Shown: one piece after another, positions 16,351 to 37,800 of the stretch
Position numbering within the stretch: the first letter of the stretch is position 1
How the letters are laid out: every line of letters begins with the position of its first letter
Source: Eledone cirrhosa
Lineage: Eukaryota
Direction of reading: 5' to 3'
Assembly (NCBI GenBank): GCA_964016885.1
Contig: OZ024742.1
Span: forward strand, 374,108,001 to 374,172,000
Length of the DNA stretch: 64,000 nt
Position numbers and translations under genes: made by a program
The notes under the pieces: model-generated
The model's input: the letters and a program-made list of their open reading frames with translations, nothing else
Databases searched by the model: none
Told to the model about the DNA's origin: nothing

Positions 16351-17869
16351 ATATAACATATATATAACATATATAACATATAATATATAACAAATATAAC
16401 ATATATAACATATATAACATATAACATATAACATATATAACATATATAACATATAACATATAACATATATAACATATATAACATATATAACATGTATAAC
16501 ATATGTAACATATAATATATATAACATATAACATATATAATATATATAACATATATAACATACAACATATATAACATATATAACATACATAACATATATA
16601 ACATATATAACATATATAAGATATATAACATATATAACATACATAACATATATAACATATATAACATATATAACATATATAACATATGTAACATAAATAA
16701 CATATATAACATATAACATATATAACATATATAACATATATGACATATGTAACGTATATAACATATATAACATATATAGCATATAACATATATGACTTAT
16801 ATAACATATAACATATATAACATATATAACATATAGAACATATAACATATATAACATATATAACATATAACATATAAAATATATATAACATATATAACAT
16901 ATATAACATATATAACATATATTTTTTATATGACATAAGTAACATATATAACATATATAGCATATAACATATATAACATATATAACATATAATATATATA
17001 ACATATATAACATATAGAACATATAACATATATAACATATATAACGTATATAACATATATAACATACAACATATATAACATATATCGTATAACATACATA
17101 ACATATATATCATACATAACATATAACATATATAATATATAACATATATAACATATATAACATATAACATATATATAATCATATATAACATATAATATAT
17201 AACATATAACATATATAACATATAATATATAACATATAACATATATAACATATATAACATATATAATATATAACATATCATATATAAGATATATAACATA
17301 TAGAACATATAACATATATAATATATATAACATATATAACATGTGACGTATATAACATATATAACATATAACATATATAATATATAACATATATAACATA
17401 TAACATATATAACATATATAACATATATAACATATATAGCATATAACATATATAACATATATAACATAATATATATAACATATATAACATATAGAACATA
17501 TAACATATATAACATATATAACGTATATAACATATAACATATATAACATATATAACATATAATATATATAACATACAACATATATAACATATATCATATA
17601 ACGTATATAACATATATAACATATATAACATATAACATATATATAATATATAACATATATAACATATATAACATATATAACATATATAACATATATAATA
17701 TATAACATATATAACATATATAACATATAACATGTATATAACATATATAACATATAATATATAACATATATAAGATATATAATATATAACATATAACATA
17801 TATAATATATAACATATATAACATATAACATATATAACATATATAATATATAACATATATAACATATAT

Positions 17870-18135
17870 AACATATATAACATATAACATATATAACATA
17901 TATAACATATATAACATATAACATATAATGTATGACATATATGACATATAGAACATATAACATATATAATATATATAACATATATAACATATGACGTATA
18001 TAACATATATAACATATATAACATATAACATATATAACATATATAACATATAACATATAATGTATGACATATATGACATATAGAACATATAACATATATA
18101 ATATATATAACATATATAACATATGACGTATATAC
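17870..18135 (+). repeat. Tandem duplication, period 132 bp
   Basis: TGTATGACATATATGACATATAGAAC at 17929 and 18061, each followed by ATGACGTAT. Confidence 0.8.
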
Positions 18136-20559
18136 CATATATAACATATAGCATATATAATATATAACATATATAACATATATAACATATATAACACATA
18201 TAACATATAACATATAATATATAACATATATAACATATAGAACATATAACATATATAATATATATAACATTTATAACATATGACATATATAACATATATA
18301 ACATATAACATATATAACATTTAACATAAATATAACATATATAACATATAATATTTAACATATAAAACATAAATAACATATATAATATCTATAGCATATA
18401 ACATAGATAACATATAACATATAACATATATAACATATATAACATATATAACATATATAACATATATAACATATATAATATTTAACATATATAACACATA
18501 TAACATATAACATATATAACATACAGCATATATAACATATATAACATATATAACATATAACATATAACATATATAACATATATAATATATAACATATAAC
18601 ATATATAACATATATAACATATATAACATATATATAACATATATAACATATAATATTTAACGTATAACATATATAACGTATATAAGATATATAACATATA
18701 TAACATTTAACATATATAACACATATAACATATAACATATATAATATATAATATATATAACATATAGAACATATCACATATATAATATATATAACATATA
18801 TAACATATATAATATATAACATATATAACATATATAACATATAACATATATAACATGTATAACATATATAACATATATAACATTTAACATATATAACACA
18901 TATAACATATAACATGTATAACATACAGCATATATAACATATATAACATATATAACATATAACATGTAACATATATAACATATATAATATATAACATATA
19001 ACATATATAATATATAACATATATAATATATAACATATATAACATATATAATATATAACATATATAACATATATAACATATAACATATATAACATATATA
19101 ACATATATAACATATAACATATATAATATATAACATATATAACATATAACATATATAATATATAGCATATATAATATATATAACATATATAACATATAAC
19201 ATATATAATATATAACATATATAACATATATAACATATATAACATATAACATATATATAACATATATAACATATAATATATAAACTATATAACATATATA
19301 ACACATAACATATATAATATATAACATATATAACATATATAACACATATAACATATATAACATATATAACATATAACATATATAATATATAACATATATT
19401 ACATATATAACATATATAACATATAACATATATAATATATAACATATATAACATATATAATATATATAGCATATAACATATATATCATATAACATATAAC
19501 ATATATAACATATATTACATATAACATGTATGTAAAATATATAATATATATATAACTTATATAACATATATAACATATATAACATAGAACATATATAATA
19601 TATAACATATAGAACATATAAAAAATATAATATATATAACATTTATAACATATCACATCTATAATATATATAACATATAATAAATATAATATATAACATA
19701 TATAACATATAACATATATAACATATATAATATATGAGATATATAACATATATAACATATATAAAATATATCATATATATAACATATATAACATATAATA
19801 TATTACATATATAACATATGTAACATATATAACATATAACATATATATAACATATATAACATATAATATATAACATATAACATATATAATATATAACATA
19901 TATAACATATAACATATATAACATATATAACATATAACATATATAATGTATAACATATAACATACAGAACATATAACATATATAATATATATAACATATA
20001 TAACATGTGACATATATAACATATATAACATATAACATATATAACATATATAACATATAAAACATATAACATATATAACATATATAACATATATAATATA
20101 TAACATATATAACATATAACATATATAACATATATAACATATATAACATATAACATATATAATATATAACATATAGAACATATAGAACATATAACATATA
20201 TAACATATATGACATATATAGCATATAAAACATATTTAACATATAACATATATAATATATAACATATATAACATATTTAACATATATAACATATAACATA
20301 TATGACATATAATATATATAACATATAACATATATAACATATATAACATATATAACATATATAACATATATAATATATATAACATATATAACATACATAA
20401 CATATATAACATATATAACATATATCACATATATAACATATATAAGATATATAACCTATAACATATAAAATATATATAACATATATAACATATGTAACAT
20501 AAATAACATACATAACATATAACATATATCACATATATAACATATATGACATATGAAAC

Positions 20560-21970
20560 ATATATAACATATATAACATATATAGCATATAACATATATG
20601 ACTTATATTACATATAACATATATAACATATATAACATATAACATATAAAACATATATAACATATATAACATATATAACATATATAACATATATTATTTA
20701 CATGACATAAGTAACACATATAACATATATAACATAAATAACATATAACATATATAACATATATAACATATAATATATATAACATATATAACATATACAA
20801 AATATAACATATATAACATATATAACATATATAACATATATAACATATATAACATATATAACATATATAACATACAACATATATAACATATATCATATAA
20901 CATATATAACATATATAACATACATAACATATAACATATATAATATATAACATATATAACGGATTTAACATATATAACATATATAATATATAACATATAT
21001 AACATATATAACATATAACATATATATAAACATATATAACATATAATATATAACATAAAACATATAAAACATATAATATATAACATCTAACATATATAAC
21101 ATATATAACATATATAACATATAACATATAATATATAACATATATAACGTATAGAACATATAACATATATAATATATATAACATATATAACATATGACAT
21201 ATATAACATATATAACATATAACATATATAATATATAACATATATAACATATAGCATATATAACATATATAACATATATAACATATATAGCATATAACAC
21301 ATATGACTTATATAACATATAACATATATAACATATATAACATATAACATATAAAACATATATAACATATATAACATATATAACATATATAACATATATT
21401 ATTTACATGACATAAGTAACACATATAACATATATAACATAAATAGCATATAACATATATAACATATATAACATATAATATATATAACATATATAACATA
21501 TACAAAATATAACATATATAACATATATAACATATATAACATATATAACATATGTAACATATATAACATATATAACATACAACATATATAACATATATCA
21601 TATAACATATATAACATATATAACATACATAACATATAACATATATAATATATAATATATATAACGGATTTAACATATATAACATATATAATATATAACA
21701 TATATAACATATATAACATATAACATATATATAAACATATATAACATATAATATATAACATAAAACATATATAACATATAATATATAACATCTAACATAT
21801 ATAACATATATAACATATATAACATATAGCATATAATATATAACATATATAACGTATAGAACACATAACATAAATAATATATATAACATATATAACATAT
21901 GACGTATATAACATATATAACATATAACATATATAATATATAACATATATAACATATAACATATATAACA
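20560..21970 (+). repeat. Tandem duplication, period 705 bp
   Basis: AACGGATTTAAC (GG at 20961 and 21666) and TATTATTTACATGACATAAGTAAC occur in both copies. ORF coordinates 20603/21308, 20694/21399 and 20698/21403 all differ by 705. Confidence 0.92.
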
Positions 21971-24900
21971 TATATAACATATATAACATATATAGCATAT
22001 AACATATATAACATATATAACATAATATATATAACATATATAACATATATCATATAACGTATATAACATATATAACATATGACGTATATAACATATATAA
22101 CATATAACATATATATAATATATAACATATATAACATATATAACATATATAATATATAACATATATAACATATATATAACATATATAACATATAACATAT
22201 AAATAACATATATAACATATAATATTTAATATATAACATATATAACATATATAATATATAATATATAACATATATAATATTTAACATATATAACATATAA
22301 CATATATAACATATATAACATATATAATATGTAACATATATAACATATATAACATATAACATATATAACATATATAACATATATAACATATAACATATAA
22401 TGTATGACATATATGACATATAGAACATATAGCATATATAATATATATAACATATATAACATATGACGTATATAACATATATAACATATAACATATATAA
22501 TATATAACATATATAACATATAACATATATAACATATATTGTATATAACATATATAACATATAACATATAATATACAACATATATAACATATAGAACATA
22601 TAACATATATAATATATATAACATATATAACATATGACGTATATAACATATATATACATATAACATATATAATATATAACATATATAACATATATATAAG
22701 ATATATAACATATAACATATAAATAACATATATAACATATAATATTTAACATATAACATATATAACATATATAATATATAAAATATAACATATATAATAT
22801 ATAACATATATAACATATAACATATATAACATATATAACGTATATAATATATAACTTATATATCATATATAACATATAACATATATAACATATATAACAT
22901 ATATAACATGTAACATATATATAATATATAACATATAGAACATATAGAACATATATCATATATAATGTATATAACATATATAACATGTGACATATATAAC
23001 ATATATAAAATATAATATATATAAAATATGACATATATAATATATAACATATATAACATATAACATATATAACATATATAAGAATATAACATATATAACA
23101 TATAACATATAATATATAACATATATAACATATAGAACATGTAACATATATAATATATATAACATATATAACATATGACGTATATAACATATATAACATA
23201 TAACATATATAATATATAACATATATAACATATAATATATAACATATATAACATATAAAACATATAACATATAACATATATAACACATATAACATATATA
23301 ATATATAACATATATAACATATATAAGAATATAACATATATAACATATATAACGTATAATATATACAACATATATAACATATATTACATATATAATATAT
23401 ATAACATATATAACATATAACATATAACATATATAACATATATAATATATATAACATATAACATATATAACATATATAATATATATAACATATATAACAT
23501 GTATAACATATATAACATATAATATATATAACATATAACATATATAATATATATAACATATATAACATACAACATATATAACATATATAACATATATGAC
23601 ATATATAACATATATAACATATATGACATATATAACATATATAACATATATAACATATATAGAATATAACATATATAACTTATATAACATATAACATGTA
23701 TAACATACAGCATATATAACATATATAACATATAGAACATATGAGATAAATAACATATATAACATATAACATATAAAACATATATAACATATAACATATA
23801 TAATATATAACATATATAACATATAACATATATAACATATAATATATATAACATATATATAACATATATAACATATAACATATAAATAACATATATAACA
23901 TATAATATTTAACATATAACATTTATAACATATATAATATATAACATATAACAAATATAATATATAACATATATAACATATAACATATATAACATATATA
24001 ACGTATATAATATATAAATTATATAACATATATAACATATAACATATATAACATATAACATATATAACATATAGAACATATAACATATATAATATATATA
24101 ACATATATAACATGTGACATATATAACATATATAACATATAACATATATAACATACAACATATATAACATATATAACATATATAACATATAACATATAAC
24201 ATATATAACATATATAATATATAACATATAACATATATAATATATAACATATAGAACATAACATATATAACATATAACATATAACATATATAATATATAA
24301 CATATATAACATATATAACATATAACATATATAACATATATAACATATATAACATATAATATATATAATATATAACATATGACATATATAATATATAACA
24401 TATATAACATATATAACATATAACATATATAACATATATAACATATATAACATATAATATATATAATATATAACATATATAACATATAGAATATATAACA
24501 TATATAATATATATAACATATATAACATATAACATATATAACATATATAACATATGACATATATAACATATATAACATATTTAACATATATAGCATATAA
24601 CATATATAACATATAACATATAACATAAAACATATATAACATATAGTACATATAACATATATATAAAATATATAATATATATATAACTTATATAACATAT
24701 ATAAAAAATATAACATAGAACATATATAATATATAACATATAGAACATATAACAAATATAATATATATAACATATATAACATATCACATCTATAATATAT
24801 ATAACATATAACATATATAATATATAACATATATAACATATAACATATATAACATATATAATATATACGATATATAACATATATAACATATATAAAGTAT

Positions 24901-25649
24901 ATCATATATATAACATATATAACATATAATATATAACATATATAACATATGTAACATATATAACATATAACATATATATAACATATATAACATATAATAT
25001 ATAACATATAACATATATAACATATATAACATATAACATATAACATATATAATATATAACATATATAACATATAACATATATAACATATATAACATATAT
25101 AACATATAACATATATAATATATAACATATATAACATATAGAACATATAACATATATAACATATATGACATATATAACATATAAAACATATTTAACATAT
25201 AACATATATAATATATAACATATATAACATATATAACATATAACATATAACATATATAACATATATAATATATATAACATATATAACATTTATAACATAT
25301 ATAACATATAATATATATAACATATATAAGATATATAGTATATAACATATATAACATATAACATATATAACATATATAACATATATAACATATAACATAT
25401 ATAATATATAACATATATAACATATAGAACATATAACATATATAACATATATGACATATATAACATATAAAACATATTTAACATATAACATATATAATAT
25501 ATAACATATATAACATGTATAACATATATAACATATAACATATATAACATATATAACATATAACATATAACATATATAACATATATAATATATATAACAT
25601 ATATAACATGTATAACATATATAACATATAATATATATAACATATAACA

Positions 25650-28600
25650 TATATAACATATATAACATATATAACATATATAACATATATAATATATATA
25701 ACATATATAACATACATAACATATATAACATATGTAACATATATCACATATATAACATATATAAGATATATAACCTATAACATATAAAACATATATAACA
25801 TATATAACATATGTAACATAAATAACATATATAACATATAAAATATATAACATATATAACATATATAACATATGTAACATATATAACATATATAACATAT
25901 ATAGCATATAACATATATGACTTATATAACATATATCATATATAACATATATAACATATAGAACATATAACATATATAACATATAACATATAAAACATAT
26001 ATAACATATATAACATATATAACATATATAACATATATAACATATATTTTTTATATGACATAAGTAACAGATATAACATATATAACATATATAGCATATA
26101 ACATATATAACATATATAACATATATTATATATAACATATATATCATATACAACATATAACATATATAACATATATAACATATATAACATATATAACATA
26201 TATAAAATATATGACATATATAACATATATAACATATATAACATACAACATATATAACATATATCATATAACATATATAACATATATAACATACATAACA
26301 TATAACATATATAATATATAACATATATAACATATAGAACATATATAACATATATAATATATAACATATATAACATATATAACATATAACATATATATAA
26401 ACATATATAACATATAATATATAACATATAACATATATAACATATAATATATAACATATAATATATATAACATATATAACATATATAACATATAACATAT
26501 AATATATAACATTTATAACATATAGAACATATACCATATATAATATATATAACATATATCACATATGACGTATATAACATATATAACATATAACATATAT
26601 AATATATAACATATATAACATATAACATATATAACATATATAATATATATAACAAATATAGCATATAACATATATAACATATATAACATAATATATATAA
26701 CATATAGAACATATAACATATATAAAATATATAACGTATATAACATATAACATATATAACATATATAACATATAATATATATAACATACAACATATATAA
26801 CATATATCATATAACGTATATAACATATATAACATATATAACACATAACATATATATAATATATAACATATATAACATATATAACATATATAACATATAT
26901 AACATATATAATATATAACATATATAACATAAATAATATATAATATGTATAAACATATATAACATATAATATATAACATGTATAACATATATAATATATA
27001 ACATATAACATATATAATATATAACATATATAACATATATCATATATAACATATATAACATATATAATATATAACATATATAACATATATAACATATAAC
27101 ATATATAACATATATAACATATATAACATATAACATATAATGTATGACATATATGACATATAGAACATATAACATATATAATATATATAACATATATAAC
27201 ATATGACGTATATAACATATATAACATATAACATATATAATATATAACATATATAAAATATAACATATATGACATATATAATATATAACATATATAACAT
27301 ATAACATATAATATATAACATATATAACATATAGAACATATAACATATATAATATATATAACAAATATAACATATGACGTATATAACATATATAACATAT
27401 AACATATATAATATATAACATATATAACAGATAACATATATAACATATATAATATATAACATATATAACATATATATAACATATATAACATATAACATAT
27501 AAATAACATATATAACATATAATATTTTACATATAACATATATAACATATATAATATATAATATATAACATATAACATATATAATATATAACATATATAA
27601 CATATAACATATATAACATATATAACGTATATAATATATAACTTATATAACATATATGACATATAACATATATAGCATATATAACATATATAACATATAT
27701 AATATATAATATATAGAACATATAGAACATATATCATATATAATATATATATAACATATATAACATGTGACATATATAACATATACAAAATATAACATAT
27801 ATAAAATAAAACATATAATATATAACATATATAACATATTACATATATAACATATATAATATAAAACATATATAACACATATGACATATATAACATATAA
27901 CATATATATAACATATATAACATATAATATATAACATATATAACATATAAAACATATAACATATAATATATATAACACATATAACATATATAATATATAA
28001 CATATATAACATATAACATATATAACATATATAACATATATAAGTATATAACATATATAACATATATAAGGTATAATATATACAACATATATAACATATA
28101 TTACATATATAACATACAACATATATAACATATAACATATAACATATATAACATATATAATATATATAACATATAACATATATAATATATATAACATATA
28201 TAACATACAACATATATAACATATATAACATATATAACATATATAACATATATAATATATATAACATATATAACATACATAACATATATACATATATAAC
28301 ATATATCACATATATAACATATATAACATATATAACATATATAACATATATAACATATAAGACATATGTAACGTATATAACATATATAACATATATAGCA
28401 TATAATATATATAACTTATATATCATATAACATATATAACATATAGAACATATAATATATATGACATTTATAACATATAATATATAAAACATATATAACA
28501 TATAACATATATAACATATATATAACATATATAACATATAACAAATAAATAACATATATAACATATAATATTTAACATATAACATATATAACATATATAA

Positions 28601-31600
28601 TATATAACATATGTAATATATAACATTTAAAATATATAACTTATATAACATATATAACATATAACATATATAATATATAACATATATAACATATAGAACA
28701 TATAACATATATAATATATATAACATATATAACATGTGACATATATAACATATATAACATATAACATATATAACATACAACATATATAACATATATAACA
28801 TATATAACATATAACATATATAATATATAACATATAACATATATAATATATAACATATATAACATATAACATATATAACATATAACATATAACATATATA
28901 ATATATATAATATATAACATATGACATATATAATATATAACATATATAACATATATAACATATAACATATATATAAACATATATAACATATAATATATAA
29001 CATATAACATATATAACATATAATATATAACATATAATATATATAACATATATAACATATATAACATATAACATATAATATATAACATTTATAACATATA
29101 GAACATATAACATATATAATATATATAACATATATCACATATGACGTATATAACATATATAACATATAACATATATAATATATAACATATATAACATATA
29201 ACATATATAACATATATAATATATATAACAAATATAGCATATAACATATATAACATATATAACATAATATATATAACATATAGAACATATAACATATATA
29301 AAATATATAACGTATATAACATATAACATATATAACATATATAACATATAATATATATAACATACAACATATATAACATATATCATATAACGTATATAAC
29401 ATATATAACATATATAACACATAACATATATATAATATATAACATATATAACATATATAACATATATAACATATATAACATATATAATATATAACATATA
29501 TAACATAAATAATATATAATATGTATAAACATATATAACATATAATATATAACATGTATAACATATATAATATATAACATATAACATATATAATATATAA
29601 CATATATAACATATATCATATATAACATATATAACATATATAATATATAACATATATAACATATATAACATATAACATATATAACATATATAACATATAT
29701 AACATATAACATATAATGTATGACATATATGACATATAGAACATATAACATATATAATATATATAACATATATAACATATGACGTATATAACATATATAA
29801 CATATAACATATATAATATATAACATATATAAAATATAACATATATGACATATATAATATATAACATATATAACATATAACATATAATATATAACATATA
29901 TAACATATAGAACATATAACATATATAATATATATAACAAATATAACATATGACGTATATAACATATATAACATATAACATATATAATATATAACATATA
30001 TAACAGATAACATATATAACATATATAATATATAACATATATAACATATATATAACATATATAACATATAACATATAAATAACATATATAACATATAATA
30101 TTTTACATATAACATATATAACATATATAATATATAATATATAACATATAACATATATAATATATAACATATATAACATATAACATATATAACATATATA
30201 ACGTATATAATATATAACTTATATAACATATATGACATATAACATATATAGCATATATAACATATATAACATATATAATATATAATATATAGAACATATA
30301 GAACATATATCATATATAATATATATATAACATATATAACATGTGACATATATAACATATACAAAATATAACATATATAAAATAAAACATATAATATATA
30401 ACATATATAACATATTACATATATAACATATATAATATAAAACATATATAACACATATGACATATATAACATATAACATATATATAACATATATAACATA
30501 TAATATATAACATATATAACATATAAAACATATAACATATAATATATATAACACATATAACATATATAATATATAACATATATAACATATAACATATATA
30601 ACATATATAACATATATAAGTATATAACATATATAACATATATAAGGTATAATATATACAACATATATAACATATATTACATATATAACATACAACATAT
30701 ATAACATATAACATATAACATATATAACATATATAATATATATAACATATAACATATATAATATATATAACATATATAACATACAACATATATAACATAT
30801 ATAACATATATAACATATATAACATATATAATATATATAACATATATAACATACATAACATATATACATATATAACATATATCACATATATAACATATAT
30901 AACATATATAACATATATAACATATATAACATATAAGACATATGTAACGTATATAACATATATAACATATATAGCATATAATATATATAACTTATATATC
31001 ATATAACATATATAACATATAGAACATATAATATATATGACATTTATAACATATAATATATAAAACATATATAACATATAACATATATAACATATATATA
31101 ACATATATAACATATAACAAATAAATAACATATATAACATATAATATTTAACATATAACATATATAACATATATAATATATAACATATGTAATATATAAC
31201 ATTTAAAATATATAACTTATATAACATATATAACATATAACATATATAATATATAACATATATAACATATAGAACATATAACATATATAATATATATAAC
31301 ATATATAACATGTGACATATATAACATATATAACATATAACATATATAACATACAACATATATAACATATATAACATATATAACATATAACATATATAAT
31401 ATATAACATATAACATATATAATATATAACATATATAACATATAACATATATAACATATAACATATAACATATATAATATATATAATATATAACATATGA
31501 CATATATAATATATAACATATATAACATATATAACATATAACATATATAACATATATAACATATATAACATATATAACATATATAACATATATAATATAT

Positions 31601-34600
31601 ATAACATATATAACATACATAACATATATAACATATGTAACATATATCACATATATAACATATATAAGATATATAACCTATAACATATAAAACATATATA
31701 ACATATATAACATATGTAACATAAATAACATATATAACATATAAAATATATAACATATATAACATATATAACATATGTAACATATATAACATATATAACA
31801 TATATAGCATATAACATATATGACTTATATAACATATAACATATATAACATATATAACATATAGAACATATAACATATATAACATATAACATATAAAACA
31901 TATATAACATATATAACATATATAACATATATAACATATATAACATATATTTTTTATATGACATAAGTAACAGATATAACATATATAACATATATAGCAT
32001 ATAACATATATAACATATATAACATATATTATATATAACATATATATCATATACAACATATAACATATATAACATATATAACATATATAACATATATAAC
32101 ATATATAAAATATATGACATATATAACATATATAACATATATAACATACAACATATATAACATATATCATATAACATATATAACATATATAACATACATA
32201 ACATATAACATATATAATATATAACATATATAACATATAGAACATATATAACATATATAATATATAACATATATAACATATATAACATATAACATATATA
32301 TAAACATATATAACATATAATATATAACATATAACATATATAACATATAATATATAACATATAATATATATAACATATATAACATATATAACATATAACA
32401 TATAATATATAACATTTATAACATATAGAACATATAACATATATAATATATATAACATATATCACATATGACGTATATAACATATATAACATATAACATA
32501 TATAATATATAACATATATAACATATAACATATATAACATATATAATATATATAACAAATATAGCATATAACATATATAACATATATAACATAATATATA
32601 TAACATATAGAACATATAACATATATAAAATATATAACGTATATAACATATAACATATATAACATATATAACATATAATATATATAACATACAACATATA
32701 TAACATATATCATATAACGTATATAACATATATAACATATATAACACATAACATATATATAATATATAACATATATAACATATATAACATATATAACATA
32801 TATAACATATATAATATATAACATATATAACATAAATAATATATAATATGTATAAACATATATAACATATAATATATAACATGTATAACATATATAATAT
32901 ATAACATATAACATATATAATATATAACATATATAACATATATCATATATAACATATATAACATATATAATATATAACATATATAACATATATAACATAT
33001 AACATATATAACATATATAACATATATAACATATAACATATAATGTATGACATATATGACATATAGAACATATAACATATATAATATATATAACATATAT
33101 AACATATGACGTATATAACATATATAACATATAACATATATAATATATAACATATATAAAATATAACATATATGACATATATAATATATAACATATATAA
33201 CATATAACATATAATATATAACATATATAACATATAGAACATATAACATATATAATATATATAACAAATATAACATATGACGTATATAACATATATAACA
33301 TATAACATATATAATATATAACATATATAACAGATAACATATATAACATATATAATATATAACATATATAACATATATATAACATATATAACATATAACA
33401 TATAAATAACATATATAACATATAATATTTTACATATAACATATATAACATATATAATATATAATATATAGCATATAACATATATAATATATAACATATA
33501 TAACATATAACATATATAACATATATAACGTATATAATATATAACTTATATAACATATATGACATATAACATATATAGCATATATAACATATATAACATA
33601 TATAATATATAATATATAGAACATATAGAACATATATCATATATAATATATATATAACATATATAACATGTGACATATATAACATATACAAAATATAACA
33701 TATATAAAATAAAACATATAATATATAACATATATAACATATTACATATATAACATATATAATATAAAACATATATAACACATATGACATATATAACATA
33801 TAACATATATATAACATATATAACATATAATATATAACATATATAACATATAAAACATATAACATATAATATATATAACACATATAACATATATAATATA
33901 TAACATATATAACATATAACATATATAACATATATAACATATATAAGTATATAACATATATAACATATATAAGGTATAATATATACAACATATATAACAT
34001 ATATTACATATATAACATACAACATATATAACATATAACATATAACATATATAACATATATAATATATATAACATATAACATATATAATATATATAACAT
34101 ATATAACATACAACATATATAACATATATAACATATATAACATATATAACATATATAATATATATAACATATATAACATACATAACATATATACATATAT
34201 AACATATATCACATATATAACATATATAACATATATAACATATATAACATATATAACATATAAGACATATGTAACGTATATAACATATATAACATATATA
34301 GCATATAATATATATAACTTATATATCATATAACATATATAACATATAGAACATATAATATATATGACATTTATAACATATAATATATAAAACATATATA
34401 ACATATAACATATATAACATATATATAACATATATAACATATAACAAATAAATAACATATATAACATATAATATTTAACATATAACATATATAACATATA
34501 TAATATATAACATATGTAATATATAACATTTAAAATATATAACTTATATAACATATATAACATATAACATATATAATATATAACATATATAACATATAGA

Positions 34601-34870
34601 ACATATAACATATATAATATATATAACATATATAACATGTGACATATATAACATATATAACATATAACATATATAACATACAACATATATAACATATATA
34701 AAATATATAACATATAACATATATAATATATAACATATAACATATATAATATATAACATATATAACATATAACATATATAACATATAACATATAACATAT
34801 ATAATATATATAATATATAACATATGACATATATAATATATAACATATATAACATATATAACATATAACA
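25650..34870 (+). repeat. Near-identical triplication with structure X-A, A, X-A (A ~2576 bp, X+A ~3327 bp)
   Basis: The 512-aa artefact ORFs at 26559, 29135 and 32462 have offsets 2576 and 3327. Copies 1 and 2 translate identically and copy 3 differs by one residue that I could see. The T6 marker occurs at 26047 and 31950 (offset 5903) but not in the middle copy. Confidence 0.93.
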
Positions 34871-37800
34871 TATATAACATATTTAACATATATAACATAT
34901 AATATATATAATATATAACATATATAACATATAGAATATATAACATATATAATATATATAACATATATAACATATAACATATATAGCATATATAACATAT
35001 AACATATATAATATATATAACATATATAACATATGACTTATATAACATATATAACATATAACATATAAATAACATACATAACATATAATATTTAACATAT
35101 AACATATATAACATATATAATATATAACATATGTAACATATAACATATATAACATATATAATATATAGCATATATAACATATATATAACATATATAACAT
35201 ATAACATATAAATAACATATATAACATATAATATTTAACATATAACATATATAACATATATAATATATAACATATAACATATATAATATATAACATATAT
35301 AACATATAACGTATATAACATATATAACGTATATAATATATAACTTATATAACATATATAACATATAACATATATAACATATATAACATAACATATATAA
35401 TATATAACATATAGAACATATAGAACATATATCATATATAATATATATAACATATATAACATGTGACATATATAACATATATAAAATATAACATATATAA
35501 TATATAACATATATAATATATAACATATATAACATATAAAATATATAACATATATAATATATAACATATATAACACATATCACATATATAACATATGACA
35601 TATATATAACATATATAACATATAATATATAACATATATAACATATAAAACATATAACATATATAACACATATAACATATATAATATATTACATATATAA
35701 GATATAACATATATAACATATATAACATATATAAGAATATAACATATATAACATATATAACGTATAATATATACAACATATATAACATATATTACATATA
35801 TAATATATATAACATATATAACATATAACATATAACATATATAACATATATAACATATATAACATATATAACATATAACATATATAATATATATAACATA
35901 TATAACATGTATAACATATATAACATATAATATATATAACATATAACATATATAATACATATAACATATATAACATACAACATATATAACATATATAACA
36001 TATATAATATATATAACATATATAACATATAATATATATAACATATATAACATACATAACATATATAACATATATAACATATATAACATATATAACATAT
36101 ATAACATATATAACATATATGACATATGTAACATATATAACATATATAACATATATAACATATATAACATATATAACATATATAACATATAGAACATATA
36201 AGATATATAACATATATAACATATAACATATAAAAAATATATATAACCTATAACATATATAATATATAACATATATAACATATAACATATTTAACATATA
36301 ACATATATAAAATATATACAACATATATAACATATAACATATAAATAACATATATAACATATAATATTTAACATATAACATATATAACATATATAATATA
36401 TAACATATAACATATATAATATATAACATATATAACATATAACATATATAACATATATAACGTATATAATATATAACTTATATAATATATAAAATATATA
36501 ACAGATGGAACATATAACATATATAATATGTATAACATATATAACATGTGACATATATAACATATATAATATATATCACATATATAACATATATAACATA
36601 TATAACATATAACATATAACATATAACATATATAACATATATAACATATAGTAGATATAACATATATACAACATATATAATATATATGTAACATATATAA
36701 CATATATAACATATATAACATATATAACATATATAACATAGAACATATATAATATATAACATATAGAACATATAACACATATAATATATATAACATATAT
36801 AACATATCACATATATAATATATATAATATATAACATATATAATATATAACATATATAACATATATAACATATATAACATATAACATATATAATATATGG
36901 CATATATAACATATATAACATATATAACATATATAACATATAACATATATAATGTATAACATATATAACATATAACATATAACATATATAACATATATAA
37001 TATATATAATATATATAGCATATAACATATATAACATAAAACATATACCATATATAACATATATAACATATATAACATATATAACATGTATATAATATAA
37101 CATATATAACATATAACATATATAACATATATAACATATATAACATATATAACATATATAACATATAACATGTATATAACATATATAACATATAATATAT
37201 AACATATAACATATATAACATATATAACATTTAACATATATAATATATAACATTTATGACATATAACATTTATAACATATAACATATATAACATATATAA
37301 AATATAACATATATAACATATATATAACATATATAACATATAATATTTAACATATAAGATATATAACGTATATTACATATATAACATATATAACATTTAA
37401 CATATATAACACATATAACATATTTAACATATATAACATATATAACATATAAACCATATAACATATATAACATATATAACATATTTAACATATATAGCAT
37501 ATAACATATATAACATATAACATATAACATATATAACATATATTACATATAAAATGTATATAAAATATATAATATATATATAACTTATATGACATATATA
37601 ACATATATAACATAGAAGATATATAATATATAACATATAGAACATATAACAAATATAATATATATAACATATATAACATATCACATCTATAATATATATA
37701 ACATATAACAGATATAACATATAACATATATTACATATATGACATATATAACATATAAAACATATTTAACATATAACATATATAATATATAACATATATA

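Noticed and set aside
26119-26138. ACATATATTATATATAAC-type variants (also ATATGTCATAT at ~6676) as micro-inversions
   Set aside because: Each is equally explained by a single A-to-T substitution.
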